This document shows, one piece after another, positions 1 to 12,200 of a DNA stretch of 64,000 nt. The stretch's first letter is position 1. Each line of letters starts with the position of its first letter. Both the position numbers and the translations under genes were made by a program. Source of the DNA: Mytilus trossulus (taxonomy: Eukaryota); contig NC_086382.1 in assembly GCF_036588685.1 (NCBI RefSeq), positions 71,238,001-71,302,000 of the forward strand, in the 5' to 3' direction. The notes under the pieces are model-generated. The model did not search any database, was not told the origin of the DNA, and worked only from the letters and a program-made list of their open reading frames with translations.

Positions 1-246
1 ATTCAGTAAGCTAAAAAGGTCATGACCCTTAAAATCATCCAATGATCTTTTGAGATCACCAGTAACCACACGTTGATTAAACTTTTTTATACAATGGGTT
101 CGGAAAGGGATAAATTTCCATAGAATTAGAGAAAAACATTTACAGAAGAGATACAAATTATAGACACATACAACCACAGACACTTCATAATGACCACTCC
201 TTACACTGGAACTATGAGGTAAACTTCAGAAAATATCTTTACTTAC

Positions 247-403
247 CTTCATTAAATTCTTCTTCATCATTATGCCTAGGGAAAGGAAAGCAATTTGTGA
301 TTTCCAACTTGTTGTCGACGACTAGACCTAACAAAACACCCTGGACCAAATCTGTTCCACCAGCTGCTTCCTCTTGACAATGCTTAACTATCTTCAATAC
401 AAC
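247..403 (-). CDS. EIF3H: eIF3H coding exon 2 (start of MPN domain); gene continues beyond the window start
   Basis: tgtag acceptor and gtaagt donor. Encodes [52 protein letters not shown], the conserved eIF3h MPN segment. Confidence 0.95.
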
Positions 404-651
404 CTACAATGTAACATAATAAATAATATGTATGTGAACGTGTTCTTGACAATGCTTAACTATCCTCAATACAACCTAAAAGTAAAAATATGTATGTGAA
501 CGTGTTTTTGACAATGCTTAACCATCTTCAATGCACCCTAAAATGCAACAAAGCAAAATATATGAATGAATTCTCAGTTGGTCCATCTCACACATTCCGA
601 TGAATTTTATACATCTGTGCACGAAACAAAAGGATATGTCAACTTCGTAAT

Positions 652-2598
652 AAACCAGATGCTCCGCAGGGCGTAGCTTTATACGACCGCAGAGGTTGAA
701 CCCTGAACGGTTGGGGCAAGTATGGACACAACATTCAAGCTGGATTCCGCTCTAAATTTGGATTGTGATTAAATAGTTGACACAACATAGGTTTCTGACA
801 CAGAATGAATGTATTCAAATGAACTTAAAATTTTTGTTTTCTCTTAGAGCAATTCACTATGCTGTTGAATATTAATCCTCTCAAAAAAATGTTTGAAGAA
901 ATTTTCTTTTTATTTATGAAATTTCAAATGAGAAAAATTGAACCCAATTTTTTAATCACATCCCCCTTTCCCTTATTCCAAAACTAATTTCAATTAAAAT
1001 ATTCTAATGGAGTTTGCAACAATTACTACTCATTTAAATACATCATAAAATATTAAGATGTAAAAAAAACTGCTTGTTATCACTGAATGGTAAAGATTAT
1101 TTAAATTTATCAGTTGGTAGTAAAAAGTGAATATACATTGTATATTGTATATAACAAAGATTTAAGTTGATTCTGGACAAAGAAAGATAACTCCAATTAA
1201 AAAAAATTCTTGCAGATATTTCTTGCTTACTATACTGGACAAAGATAACTCTTAATTAAAAAAAAATTTGCTATTTCACAATATTGTGAAATTAGATATT
1301 TCTTACCATTGCACAATACTGTGCAATTGAAAAGACTTGCTATTGCACAATACTTAATATAATAATTTTAGATCCTGATTTGGACCAACTTGAAAACTGG
1401 GCCCATAATCAAAAATCTAAGTACATGGTTAGATTCAGCATATCAAAGAGGCCCAAGAATTTAATTTTTGTTAAAATCAAACTTAGTTTAATTTTGGACC
1501 CTTTGCACTTTAATTTAGACCAATTTTAAAACTGGACCAAAAATTAAGAATCTACATACACAGTTAGATTTGGCATATCAAAGAACCCCAATTATTCAAT
1601 TTTTGATGAAATCAAACAATGTTTAATTTTGGACCTCGATTTGGGCCAACTTGAAAACTGGGCCAATAATCAAAAATCTAAGTACATTTTTAGATTCAGC
1701 ATATCAAAGAACCCCAAGGTTTCAATTTTTGTTAAAATCAAACTAAGTTTAATTTTGGACCCTTTGGACCTTAATGTAGACCAATTTGAAAACGGGACCA
1801 AAAATTAAGAATCTACATTCACAGTTAGATTCGGCATATTAAAGAACCCCAGTTATTCAATTTTGATGAAATCAAACAAAGTTTAATTTTGGACCCTTTG
1901 GGCCCCTTTTTCCTTAACTGTTGGGACCAAAACTCCCAAAATCAATAACAACCTTCCTTTTATAGTCATAAACCTTGTGTTTAAATTTCATAGATTTCTA
2001 TTTACTTATACTAAAGCTATGGTGCGAAAACCAAGAAAAATGCTTATTTGGGTCCCTTTTTGGCCCCTAATTCCTAAACTGTTGGGACCGAAACTCCCAA
2101 AATCAATACCAACCTTCCTTTTGTGGTCATAAACATTGTGTTTAAATTTCATTGATTTCTATTTACTTTAACTAAAGTTATTGTGGGAAAACCAAGAATA
2201 ATGCTTATTTGGGCCCTTTTTTTGGCCCCTTATTCCTAAACTGTTGAAACCAAAACTCCCAAAATCAATCCCAACCTTTCTTTTGTGGTCATAAACCTTG
2301 TGTCAAAATTTCATAGATTTCTATAAACTTAAACTAAAGTTATAGTGCGAAAACCAAGAAAATGCTTATTTGGGCCCTTTTTGGCCCCTAATTCCTAAAA
2401 TGTTGGGACCAAAACTCCCAAAATCAATACCAGCCTTCCTTTTATGGTCATAAACCTTGTGTTAAAATTTCATAGATTTCTATTCACTTTTACTAAAGTT
2501 AGAGTGCGAAAACTAAAAGTATTCAGACGACGACGACGACGCCAACGTGATAGCAATATACGACGAAAATTTTTTCAAAATTTGCGGTCGTATAAAAA
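652..2598 (-). mobile_element. Non-autonomous Helentron/HINE (pearl/DINE-like) element with internal tandem repeats, in eIF3H intron 1
   Basis: Subterminal inverted repeats TTTATACGACCGCA (678-691) / TGCGGTCGTATAAA (2583-2596). (GAC)n microsatellite near 2525. About four ~160-bp core repeats (1900-2520) plus ~240-bp repeats (1380-1890). Short GC-rich hairpin at the other end. Confidence 0.75.
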
Positions 2599-2954
2599 CT
2601 CAGCCATCAGATGAAGAAAAGTCATTCAAATTCTTGTGCATTCTTCTGGACCAAATTCTTCTGTCCCTATAATGCATATATTTACTAATTTACGTTTGCC
2701 TTTTATGGATTTTGCTGTTTTCTTTTTTTTTGTGCAATATCATGAATATAGAGACAGAAAGCAGTTCCCATCCAAAACAGAAGATTGAGGACAATTTGTT
2801 TGGGCTCATTTTGTATAAATTTGTCAGATATCCGTGCCAGTACACACTTGTAGATAAATGTTTTTCTACATTTGCATGTGCCTTATTAGAATCAACGACT
2901 TTACTATATCAAGATAATCAGCTTTTTTCAACATTTAATTATACATTCTACTTT

Positions 2955-3189
2955 TAATCTAATCAAGTTAGACGGAAGTCTGTTTGACATATTGAACTAT
3001 TTCGACCAATCTACACTGATTTCCAGTACCATGGTTCTTCTACCTTCTTGCATATGAATAGCAAATTCGGTTATAATTAGATATCATAGTTAGTCATAAA
3101 GAAGATAGAAGATCCTAGTAACCAGAAATCAACATTGGATGGTCGAAAAAGTTCAAGATGTCAAACTTCCGTCAAACTTGATGAGATTA
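2955..3189. mobile_element. MITE with long imperfect terminal inverted repeats
   Basis: taatctaatcaagttagacggaagt...tttgacatattgaactatttcgacca mirrors tggtcgaaaaagttcaagatgtcaaacttccgtcaaacttgatgagatta. Confidence 0.7.
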
Positions 3190-4740
3190 TACATTTTGTA
3201 AGTAGGCTGTATTGAATGATAACCATTTGATGCTTGATGGCAAATTCTTCTTCCCGTTACGAGTCTAACTATGAACATTGTAGTATCCAGGTGTAATGAT
3301 AAGTCATTATACTAAGGCTATTTTTTTCTTATTTTTTCTGTAGACTTAGCTTTAATTTTTTATAACCATGCATTGGCAAGCTTGATAACTTGTAATTGTT
3401 TGTCAGTAACTAATTGTACGATGATGTCCCATACGGAACCTTCTGACCTTGTTTGTTTACATTAAAATTTCAATGGCGTCAAAATCATGTGATGTCAATT
3501 CGTTATATCCAATCAAATTGCGCTACTGTCAATTAGGGCATTTTTCAGTCTACGGCAATTACGTTATTTCTTTCTGGGATATAACTTCAAAATATTTTGC
3601 AATAGTTCTGGGTTTTATTCAACAGGAAAACTCTTTTTTTGCCATCCCTTTTGACATCAAGGGAATTTTGTATGAATATTTACCTACAGTCATGTTGGTC
3701 AGAATATCGATCTTTTTATAATGAATAAAAAAAAAATTCTATGAAAAATAAATGTAAATTGTTTCTTATTAACCAACTCTATATGCCTGTTCAAAATTAT
3801 GACATCGTTTTTTCATATAGTTTTCCTTTCATTTTGGTTGGGCTTTTTTCGCGGGAAAATTGAGAAAGAGGTAAGGAGCATGTCATTTTTAAATTACTAA
3901 AAATACGATTTGCTTGACCTGTATTGCCTGCCACAAGAGTGATGACGCTGAATGGAATGTACACAAAGCAATGGAGGCCGGAAATGGGATTTTGTGAAGT
4001 TCTAGAATGTTTTTAAATATTCGGAAGTTGGGATTGAAACGGGCATTAGAAAATTGGCATTTTTTGGCAATAATTGAGAACAACAATGAAAACTTACCTT
4101 TAGAAATGTTTTTTTTATTCAAAAGTGCAGAAAAAACGTATTTTGCACTGTTTTTCTACGTCAGAAGTACCGTAGTGACATCAATGCGGAGTTTCCCCGT
4201 GTGTTAAGTTCAAACACAAATACCTAACGAACTGACAAGATGAACGATCTTAGACTACGGTAGGATAAAATGTAATTGACTAGGGCGCATCTCAAACAGA
4301 CAAGAGGCCACTCATACACTCTTTCAACTATGTTATTTCTTTGAAATATCAGAGGCAACCAATTGGATTTAAAAAATTAATGCTCAAGTGCCGGGTGTAT
4401 CAATAAAAGTACATTTTCAGAATTTACAGAATATATAAAATGTATTTGTACTTGCGAATGCCGCACTCTGGGAGGCCTGGCTTATTTTGATTTGTAACAT
4501 ACATAGCAGTCTATGAAAAAACGGAGGAATAGCGTTTCTAATAGTCGACTTTATTATTTCAGACTTTTATTGACAGAATTTATCATCTAGAATTTCCTGT
4601 GGCACCACAAACGATGAGGGGACTATAATGTGATTGCGTCGCCGGATTAGAAGGTACCTTTTCGGTTTTATTGAAAAGATAAATAGTTATATTTAATGGA
4701 CATACACTAATTATTGAAATCTATTAATAAGAACACGTAC

Positions 4741-4797
4741 AAGACCATCAATTTGAACATATTGTACAGGAGAACTCGTGTGTTTTCTGGAAGCCAT
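4741..4797 (-). CDS. EIF3H: Eukaryotic translation initiation factor 3 subunit H, coding exon 1
   Basis: Manual translation gives MASRKHTSSPVQYVQIDGL (19 codons), followed by a GT donor (gtacgt). The VQIDGL motif matches the eIF3h N-terminus and joins the next exon in phase 0. Confidence 0.9.
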
Positions 4798-4798
4798 C

Positions 4799-4812
4799 TT
4801 GGAAAAAGAGAG
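4799..4812 (-). promoter_or_regulatory. Polypyrimidine TCT/5'TOP-like initiator of eIF3H
   Basis: CTCTCTTTTTCC lies immediately 5' of aagATG on the minus strand. eIF3H is a known TOP mRNA in vertebrates. Confidence 0.55.
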
Positions 4813-4920
4813 TCCGGGTTACTGAAACGCTTTCTGGACAATCTCAAAACATATTTTATTTATTTCTGGACCCAAACTCGCCCCAAATAATATTTCGTCC
4901 TATGAGTACTAGAGTCAAAA

Positions 4921-5352
4921 ATAAAGGCAACAGTAGTATACCGCTGTTCAAAACTCATAAATCCATGGACAAAAAACAAAATTGGGGTAACAAAATAAAA
5001 CCGAGGGAAACGCATTAAATAGACAATAGACAATAGACAATATTTTATTCGCACAAACACAGTTACATTAAATGGTTATGGCATAAATAATTAAATATAA
5101 GAGGAGAACAACGACACAACACCGAAACGCAACACACACAGAAACGGACCAAGCATCAGACAAAAGACCACGAGAATAACAAATATAACATCAAAACCAA
5201 ATACATGAATTTGGGATAGACAAGTACCGTGCCACGTCTTATCTTAATATCTCAAAAATAAGAAAAAAACAAAAACACAACATTAAAATGCAACACACAC
5301 AGAAACGAACAATAATATAACAATGGCCATCTTCCTGACTTGGTACAGGACA
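4921..5352. repeat. Interspersed repeat, interrupted by a short retroposed tail
   Basis: Internal duplication of the gcaacacacacagaaacg block. Resembles an abundant mussel interspersed repeat (from recollection, unverified). Confidence 0.5.
5022..5089 (-). mobile_element. Severely 5'-truncated retroposon 3' tail
   Basis: On the minus strand, AATAAA is followed by (ATTGTCT)3. Flanked by an 8-bp duplication ATTAAATA (5014-5021 and 5090-5097). Confidence 0.6.
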
Positions 5353-6693
5353 TTGTGTCGTTAATCATTATAGAACCAATGACTTAAATGTATAGTTGTA
5401 CAATATTTTCTCAGAAAAATGTCGATAAAGTAAAAAAGTTAAAAAAAAAAGTACAACTATAATTCGGATTCGTTTTTGTTTTTTCATTCTGTCGATCTTA
5501 TAAAAAAAACATGTTTGCCTGGATAATACTGCTTTGCCAGTACTCATTTCCGAAATCCGTTTTTTTTGGTGATTTTTCAATCACATTTTATAGGCATATG
5601 TAGTATAACGAAATCAGAGATCTTTATTTTAATTAGATTGATGTTGATATACTAAAATATGATCTTTTAGAGTACATACAATTTAAGACTCTTTCATCTT
5701 GCAATAGTATATTAAAACATTTGACTTTTCTACACTTTTACACATTATTCCCCATTCTAAACTACAACAAATTGAAAGAGTTGATTATTCCTACAACTGC
5801 TTTTGTTTTTGCGAAAGAAAAAAGTGAAAAGCAAGTAATGGGGAGAATTTTTTACAGAGTATAGCATCCTAGCTGTTAAATGTGGTATCTAAAAAGAGTG
5901 GCAAAAGATACCAGAGGGTCAGTCAAACTCATAGATCGATAACAAACTGACAGCGCCATGGCTGACTGAGTCCCTAAGACAAAATACTTGTATCTACGTT
6001 GGCCATTCTTTTTTATGAAACAAAGCAATACGAACTCTTCCAATTTGTCTTTTATTTTGAAATGGGAATACTTGTGTAAATTGTACAAAAGTCAAATGTT
6101 TTAATACTACTGCAAGATGAAAGAGAGTTAGAGTGTATGTACTCTAAAAGATATTGGGTTATAGTGCGCCAGGAATGAAAACCGTTTTGATTTCTCACAC
6201 TAATCTGATCAGGCTTTACTCTAATTCAAAAATGTCAACTGATTGGTCATGTTGATAAGCAGGTTTAAAGTCAGCGCGATTTTCATAGCCGAAGATGGCA
6301 CTCACGACCTGTCGTAATCGAGACAAGTTTATTTCATAACGATAACAAACAAGATATATGCATGTTTATGACATAAAGTACACACACACACACACACACA
6401 CACTTACAAAAAAAACCAGATATATGCATGCATGTTTACATTGAATACAAATTATAGTTGCACGATGCTTCAGTTAAAAATCCATCTAATGAACAGTTAG
6501 TTTTTTTTCGAATTCTTCATGAAATGTTCCCATTTGTAGAATCCGTAGAAAATACGGAAATACTTTTACACTCATTGCAATCAATGTACCCAACAAATAG
6601 ACAAATAACCAGAGAGGCAACTAATCAACCAACCAATTGCACTTAGTCTAGCTTTCATATTTTCTTATTTCAAATGATCCTATCTATGTCAGA

Positions 6694-7339
6694 CTATGAT
6701 ATTAAGATGTCAGTTTCACGAAAATCTCCAAATGTCTGTCCTACTGGTGAACTTTCTTGCGCAAAGCGATTTTTGACGCCGGGCTTTTCTCCATTCGTAT
6801 CTTTGAGCCGTACTAGTTGTTCCACGATATGATTTTTCTCTTCTTTAAGCTGATCTATTTGTTCCTTATTATCACAGTTTTCTCTTTTTATTCTCGCTAT
6901 CTCACAATCTTTAGCTGTTAATTGACTACTTGCTTCACTCTCTTGATATCGCAATTGTCTATATTTCCATACGACTCCTATAACTAAAAGACCAAGTATA
7001 ACAGATTCTGCGATACAGCATATCTTATAACTATCATTCTTCCTTGTAGGCGATGAATTTTGAATATGACTCATATTACTTTCACATAAAGTTATATATT
7101 GTAGTTTGTGATAATTGGAATTATTTGTTGACATAACAGGCACTGTCTTAATGTAAAATGTCTCAGTATTTCGTTCACTAAAGTAAAGCCTAATCCTATC
7201 ATTTGTTTGACTTGGTCTACAATCTTCTATAAGTTGACATGATGTATTATATACACAATGATATTCATGAGGGTTCAACGAACAAAACGTTTTTGCTCTA
7301 TTCGACCACGTGTTGTCATCTGGACAGACTGTTGCTCCG
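6694..7339 (-). CDS. Orphan type-I membrane protein, exon 2 (Cys-rich ectodomain, TM helix, coiled-coil tail)
   Basis: ttttattgcag acceptor, phase-compatible with exon 1. Adds SGATVCPDDNTWSNRAKTFCS ahead of the 194-aa ORF. TM helix ICCIAESVILGLLVIGVVW is followed by basic KYRQLR and heptad-like LTAKDCEIARIKRENCDNKEQIDQLKEEKNHIVEQLVRL. Confidence 0.8.
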
Positions 7340-7626
7340 CTGCAATAAAAAAATAATAAATCATGAAAGAAGCAGAGGCAGATTTAGGGGGGGGGGCAGA
7401 GGGGCCGGGCCCCCGCTTTTGAGAAAAAAACAATGGTTGATTATATAGGGAATCACTGAAGCGTGAGAATCATTCATTGATTAGAAGTCGGTTGCTTTTT
7501 AATTTGAATTTCCTGTAAAATTCCATGATTTTCATGTTTCTGTCATACTATTAACATACGTATATTATAAATAAGGTGTATTTGTTAATAACAAATTGTT
7601 CTGTTCCTAAGTACCCATGTGTCGAG

Positions 7627-7668
7627 CGTCACTGGTGAGTCTTTTGTAGACGAAACGCACGTCTGGCG
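7627..7668 (+). ncRNA. Degenerate minimal type-I hammerhead ribozyme (Penelope/retrozyme-type repeat)
   Basis: Stem I cgtca/tggcg; core CTGGTGA (canonical CTGANGA, A6 mutated); stem II gtct/agac; GAAA; short stem III; GTC cleavage triplet. Confidence 0.7.
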
Positions 7669-7961
7669 TAAATACAAAATTTAATCCTGGTATATATGAT
7701 GAGTTTATTATGCAATGTATGCCAATAGTAGCATTCCCGAGGTCATGTCGGTCGATGGGTAATATGTAAGATCAAGTAAGATGGACCAGTCCCAAAATGT
7801 TGATACTCTTTTACAATTGAATTAAATTTTGATTTTTTTTCTGTTTGACTTTAGTTGGTCTTGGTGTGCAATTAGTCAATAAAAAAAACGAATTTGGAAG
7901 CTTGTGCTTCGTTTAAAGGACTTTCATTTGACGACGTAGCGCGTCCTTTCCTGTGAATTAC

Positions 7962-8099
7962 CAGGCGCTGATCCAGCCATTTTAAAAGGGGGTTCCCAAC
8001 CCAGAGTTAGGGTGGTTCCAAGTGTATGCTCCCATTCAAATGCATTGATCGGCCAAAAAAAGGAGGGGCTCCAACCCCCCCCTTCTGGATCCGCCAATG
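7962..8099. mobile_element. Short GC-rich MITE (CAGTGGCGGATCCAG-type TIRs)
   Basis: caggcgctgatccag...ctggatccgccaatg. Related copies at ~7372, 18078, 18224, 22310 and 24650. Confidence 0.7.
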
Positions 8100-8355
8100 A
8101 TTACTTTTAATAAGTTTTTTAATATGGTCTCAATGAAGTATACATAATTATGTCATTATGTATAAATGAATAATAATATACGAGGACTCAGGTTCCCGAA
8201 ATTAAAAGTCGTTATATGATTTAATTCAATTGTACAACTACTACTTTTAAAATAAGGAAGTAAATTAATGTGTGTTTTTGTAGTCCTCGATAAATCACTA
8301 TTGTTTATGATGTGTATAATGATCATTGCGATACAAATAATGACTGTTAACTTAC

Positions 8356-8405
8356 CTGATGAGATAGTAAGATGTCTGGAATAGCACCATCAGTAACACT
8401 AACAT
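8356..8405 (-). CDS. Orphan type-I membrane protein, exon 1 (signal peptide)
   Basis: ATG at 8405 encodes the hydrophobic MLVLLMVLFQTSYYLI plus AG, followed by a strong gtaagt donor (phase 2). Confidence 0.75.
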
Positions 8406-9285
8406 CTTATTTCGTCTTTTTTTTTCTAAAATAGCGTCGTTCAAAGAAACGCACTTCTATGTTGTGTTTATCAAATTATTTTCAAAATTGCCGGCCTTTC
8501 AATGGAAACCCCCTTTACCAGCTATAGTAAAGTTACATGCTATAAATAGTACAGGTTTTTTCCATCGTTCTGAATAAGCAAATGTTGATTTACATCGGCA
8601 AACAGAATAATGATGATTCAAATTTATTTCAAAAGGATAAAATATTTAAGGCCATTATATGAATAAGGAGATGTGGTATGATTGACAATAACACGAGACA
8701 AATATCGTCCAAAGTTAGAAAGAAGTGTATTTTTTTTTTTATTTTTTTTTTTTAAATGTTATAATATTTTATTTGAATTTTACATTTGTTAGAGATACAT
8801 AAAGTACCGGTACCTTATCCCGGCCTCGTTAACATTAGTATATAGCATTTTATTGATAAGTTAGTACTTGTTAGTGCACAATATGTATATATAGTAATAA
8901 TGACATGTATGTAACTGAATAGAAATATGATAACATGATGAAGAATAAGAAAGAATAAAATTGTTTATTATAGTGTCACATATTGATTGAAACAAGACAT
9001 TCACACAATATACATATACATACATACAACAATCAATATCCAGCCAAAAAATGACTTATGAGACACTTGATTCTTAAAACCAAAATATATACAAAAATAT
9101 ACTATTTAAACTTGTAAGTAATCACATAAAAGTTTTATCTAAATGGAACAAGTAGCTTAAAATATAAATAATTCTTAGTTTTAAAAAAAAAAAAAAGATA
9201 TGTATTAACTATGAAATATGAAATACTATAAAATTGGGTAAAAATCTTATAAATAAATGCATTAAAAATTGATTAATGAAAAATA

Positions 9286-12200
9286 TTACTGTAAAAATAA
9301 TTTTCTACGTAAATAAAATTTATGTAAACATTTGCAAAAATAATACTGGATATTGGTACAATTCATAATTTCGATAAATTTTCTGTTTGTATTAAAATCT
9401 TGAAAGTTTTCAATAAGTTTTGAGCATTCATTAAACAAATTGTATCGAAGATCGTCATATAATGAGCATTCCATTAGAAAATGTTTTTCTGTTTCTATGC
9501 TGTTGGTTTTGCAAAGCATACATATTCGGTCTTCAATGGGTGTAGGCGGCCTGGAGTATCTTCCCGTCTCACACGCAAGTGGAAGTGAACCGGAGCGAAA
9601 CAGAGCCATTGTACGTCGCTCAGTTTTGGAAATGTTCAAACGGACGTATTGTTCGGTTTTCACACTTTGTTTGTATTGCCTATAAGTTCGTAATTTGTTT
9701 CCGTTCTGTGAGTTATGTCGATCATTAAAGACTTCCTCGTTCCATTCCGTGTTATCTAATACAGTTATTTTTTCGCTAATTGTACGCATTACAGTTTTTG
9801 TAGATACAGATAAATCGTACACAAGATCTCTCACATTTAGCAAATCAACAGTTTTGTGCACTTGGAAAGCCCAACCCTTTCTATACCTTGAAGTCCATTT
9901 AAGTATTTTAGTACAGTTTCTATGTTGATCAGAGCGTAAAAGTCTACACAAAAGCCTACAGAAGTTAATTCGCTGTTTTGTAAAGCACGACGTCCAGCCC
10001 ATATCGCCGCGTGATGCTAAATTAGACGTTCGTTTTCCTACGGACAAAAAGAATTTACAGGCCCGGTTCTGAATTGTCGATATGGCACTAAACGCTTTAG
10101 TTCCCCAGATACCACTACCATAGAGAAGAACTGGCTCTACCATTGATGTATACAGTTTAGTGTAAACCTTATATGTCATTCCACCTAACATAGCCGCCTT
10201 TGTCATTAAAGCTCCAAGGGCACGACTAGCCGCTTTTGATAACTCCGTTACATGTTTTTTAAAAGTCAAGTACTCGTCCATCCAGACACCTAAGTATTTG
10301 TAGGATTCACAGTAATCAATATTATTGCCTGAACAATTGAAAATCCGATCTGACCTTGCAATTGATTGATTTCGGAAATGTACGATTTTGGTTTTGTTAA
10401 TGTTAATTGAAAGTTTCCATGTAGCACACCAGTCCGATACGACATCTAGCATTCGTTGTAAACTATTTTCGTCGGGTGCGATTAAGGCGATATCGTCCGC
10501 ATATAGTAAAATACTCAAATGAAAATCATCAACCTTCACTCCACAGTTTAACGCATTAATGCGGTCCGCTAAGTCATTTATGTAAAGAGAAAACAATGTC
10601 GGTGAAAGGATACATCCCTGTTTTACTCCGGCTTCAACGTTGAACCACTGAGTAAGATCATTATTTACACGAAGGGTACAATTAACATCATCATACAGTG
10701 ACTGAATTGCGAATAAAAACTTTCCCCTTACTCCTGCACGTTGCAGTTTATACCATAAAAAGCTATGCTCAACCGTATCAAATGCTTTTTTCATGTCAAC
10801 GAAACATGTAAACGTGGATTTTCTTGATATTTTACGATCATTTATGATTGAGTATAGCGAATGTATATGCTCCTCACAGCTTCTGCCTCGTCGAAATCCA
10901 TTTTGTTCGTCACATAAAATTTTGTTATCTTCAAGCCATTTACTTAAACGATAATTTAAAATGTTACAATAAATTTTACAAGGCACCGAAATCAAAGTTA
11001 TTCCCCTGTAGTTGAGCGGGTTTCTATTGTCATCGGATCCGTGTTTAAAAATCGGGTTTATAATACCACTTTTCCACTGAATTGGAACTTTGCCGAGATT
11101 GAAACAGCCCATAATAATTTGGTGTAATAAGTCAATAGCTGTGTCATTCTTTAATACTTCAGCCGGGATGTCGTCAATTCCTGTAGCTTTCCGTGATTTG
11201 GCACGTATGACTGCATCGAGAACCTCAGTTCTGGAAATAGATGCATTAAGCGTAGTTACATCAATTTCAATATTAAAGTTCGCAGAATCAAGTTCAGTTT
11301 CGACACCGGTTTTTCGCTTAAATAATGAATGAAAATCGGTCTTCCACTTATTCATAACATCGTTTCTGTTTGTATTAACTGAACCGTTCTCATCAACAAT
11401 TGCCATTGGAATACACGGTTTACGCTCGTTGGCAATACCCAATTTACCAATAGATTTCCAGAAATCACGCTGATTGGTTTCACACAGTTTATTTTCAAGT
11501 ATATGGCGTTCATTGGCTTGATATTTTCTTTTAAATTTTCGGTTTAGACGGTCAAAAGTTTTTCTTTCGGAACAGTATTCTTTTTTATATTTTTGCTTTA
11601 AAGATGTTGGTCCAGTGTAACGTAACCACTTCTTTTCAGTTTCACAAACTTTACTCCATTGACCAGCTAGACTATCATTCCAATAAGGTTTAAAACGTGA
11701 CTTCTTTCGTTTATTTCCACTTGAACTATTATAAATAGGTAACTTGTTGTCCATTTCACATTTAAGCAAAGATTGGAATTCGTCGTAGGCATTTTGAACA
11801 TCACTTGATACTTCAATATAATTTTCTATTTTCTGAATAGCTTCCAGTACTTTATGAAATATATCCTCATTTAGCAAGAAATCATTTGGCACAGATGAAA
11901 CATTATGCTTATGACTAGCATTATTCTCACTTTTATTCATATCCATATTCCTTTTTAAATTAATAGATAAATTCACATCACAATATAATACTGAGTGATC
12001 CGGAATACTATCAGGAATGTATGAAATATTATTAATTATTTCTGACATTGGAACTATTTTGAAGTCTTCGATATTTTCCATATCTTCGTAAGGAACACAT
12101 ATATAATCTACTACAGATTTTCCAGTTGTAGAAATACAGGTAAATTGGTTATCATTAAATCGCCCATTTAACATGCCGAAATTAACGTCACTTAAAAAAT

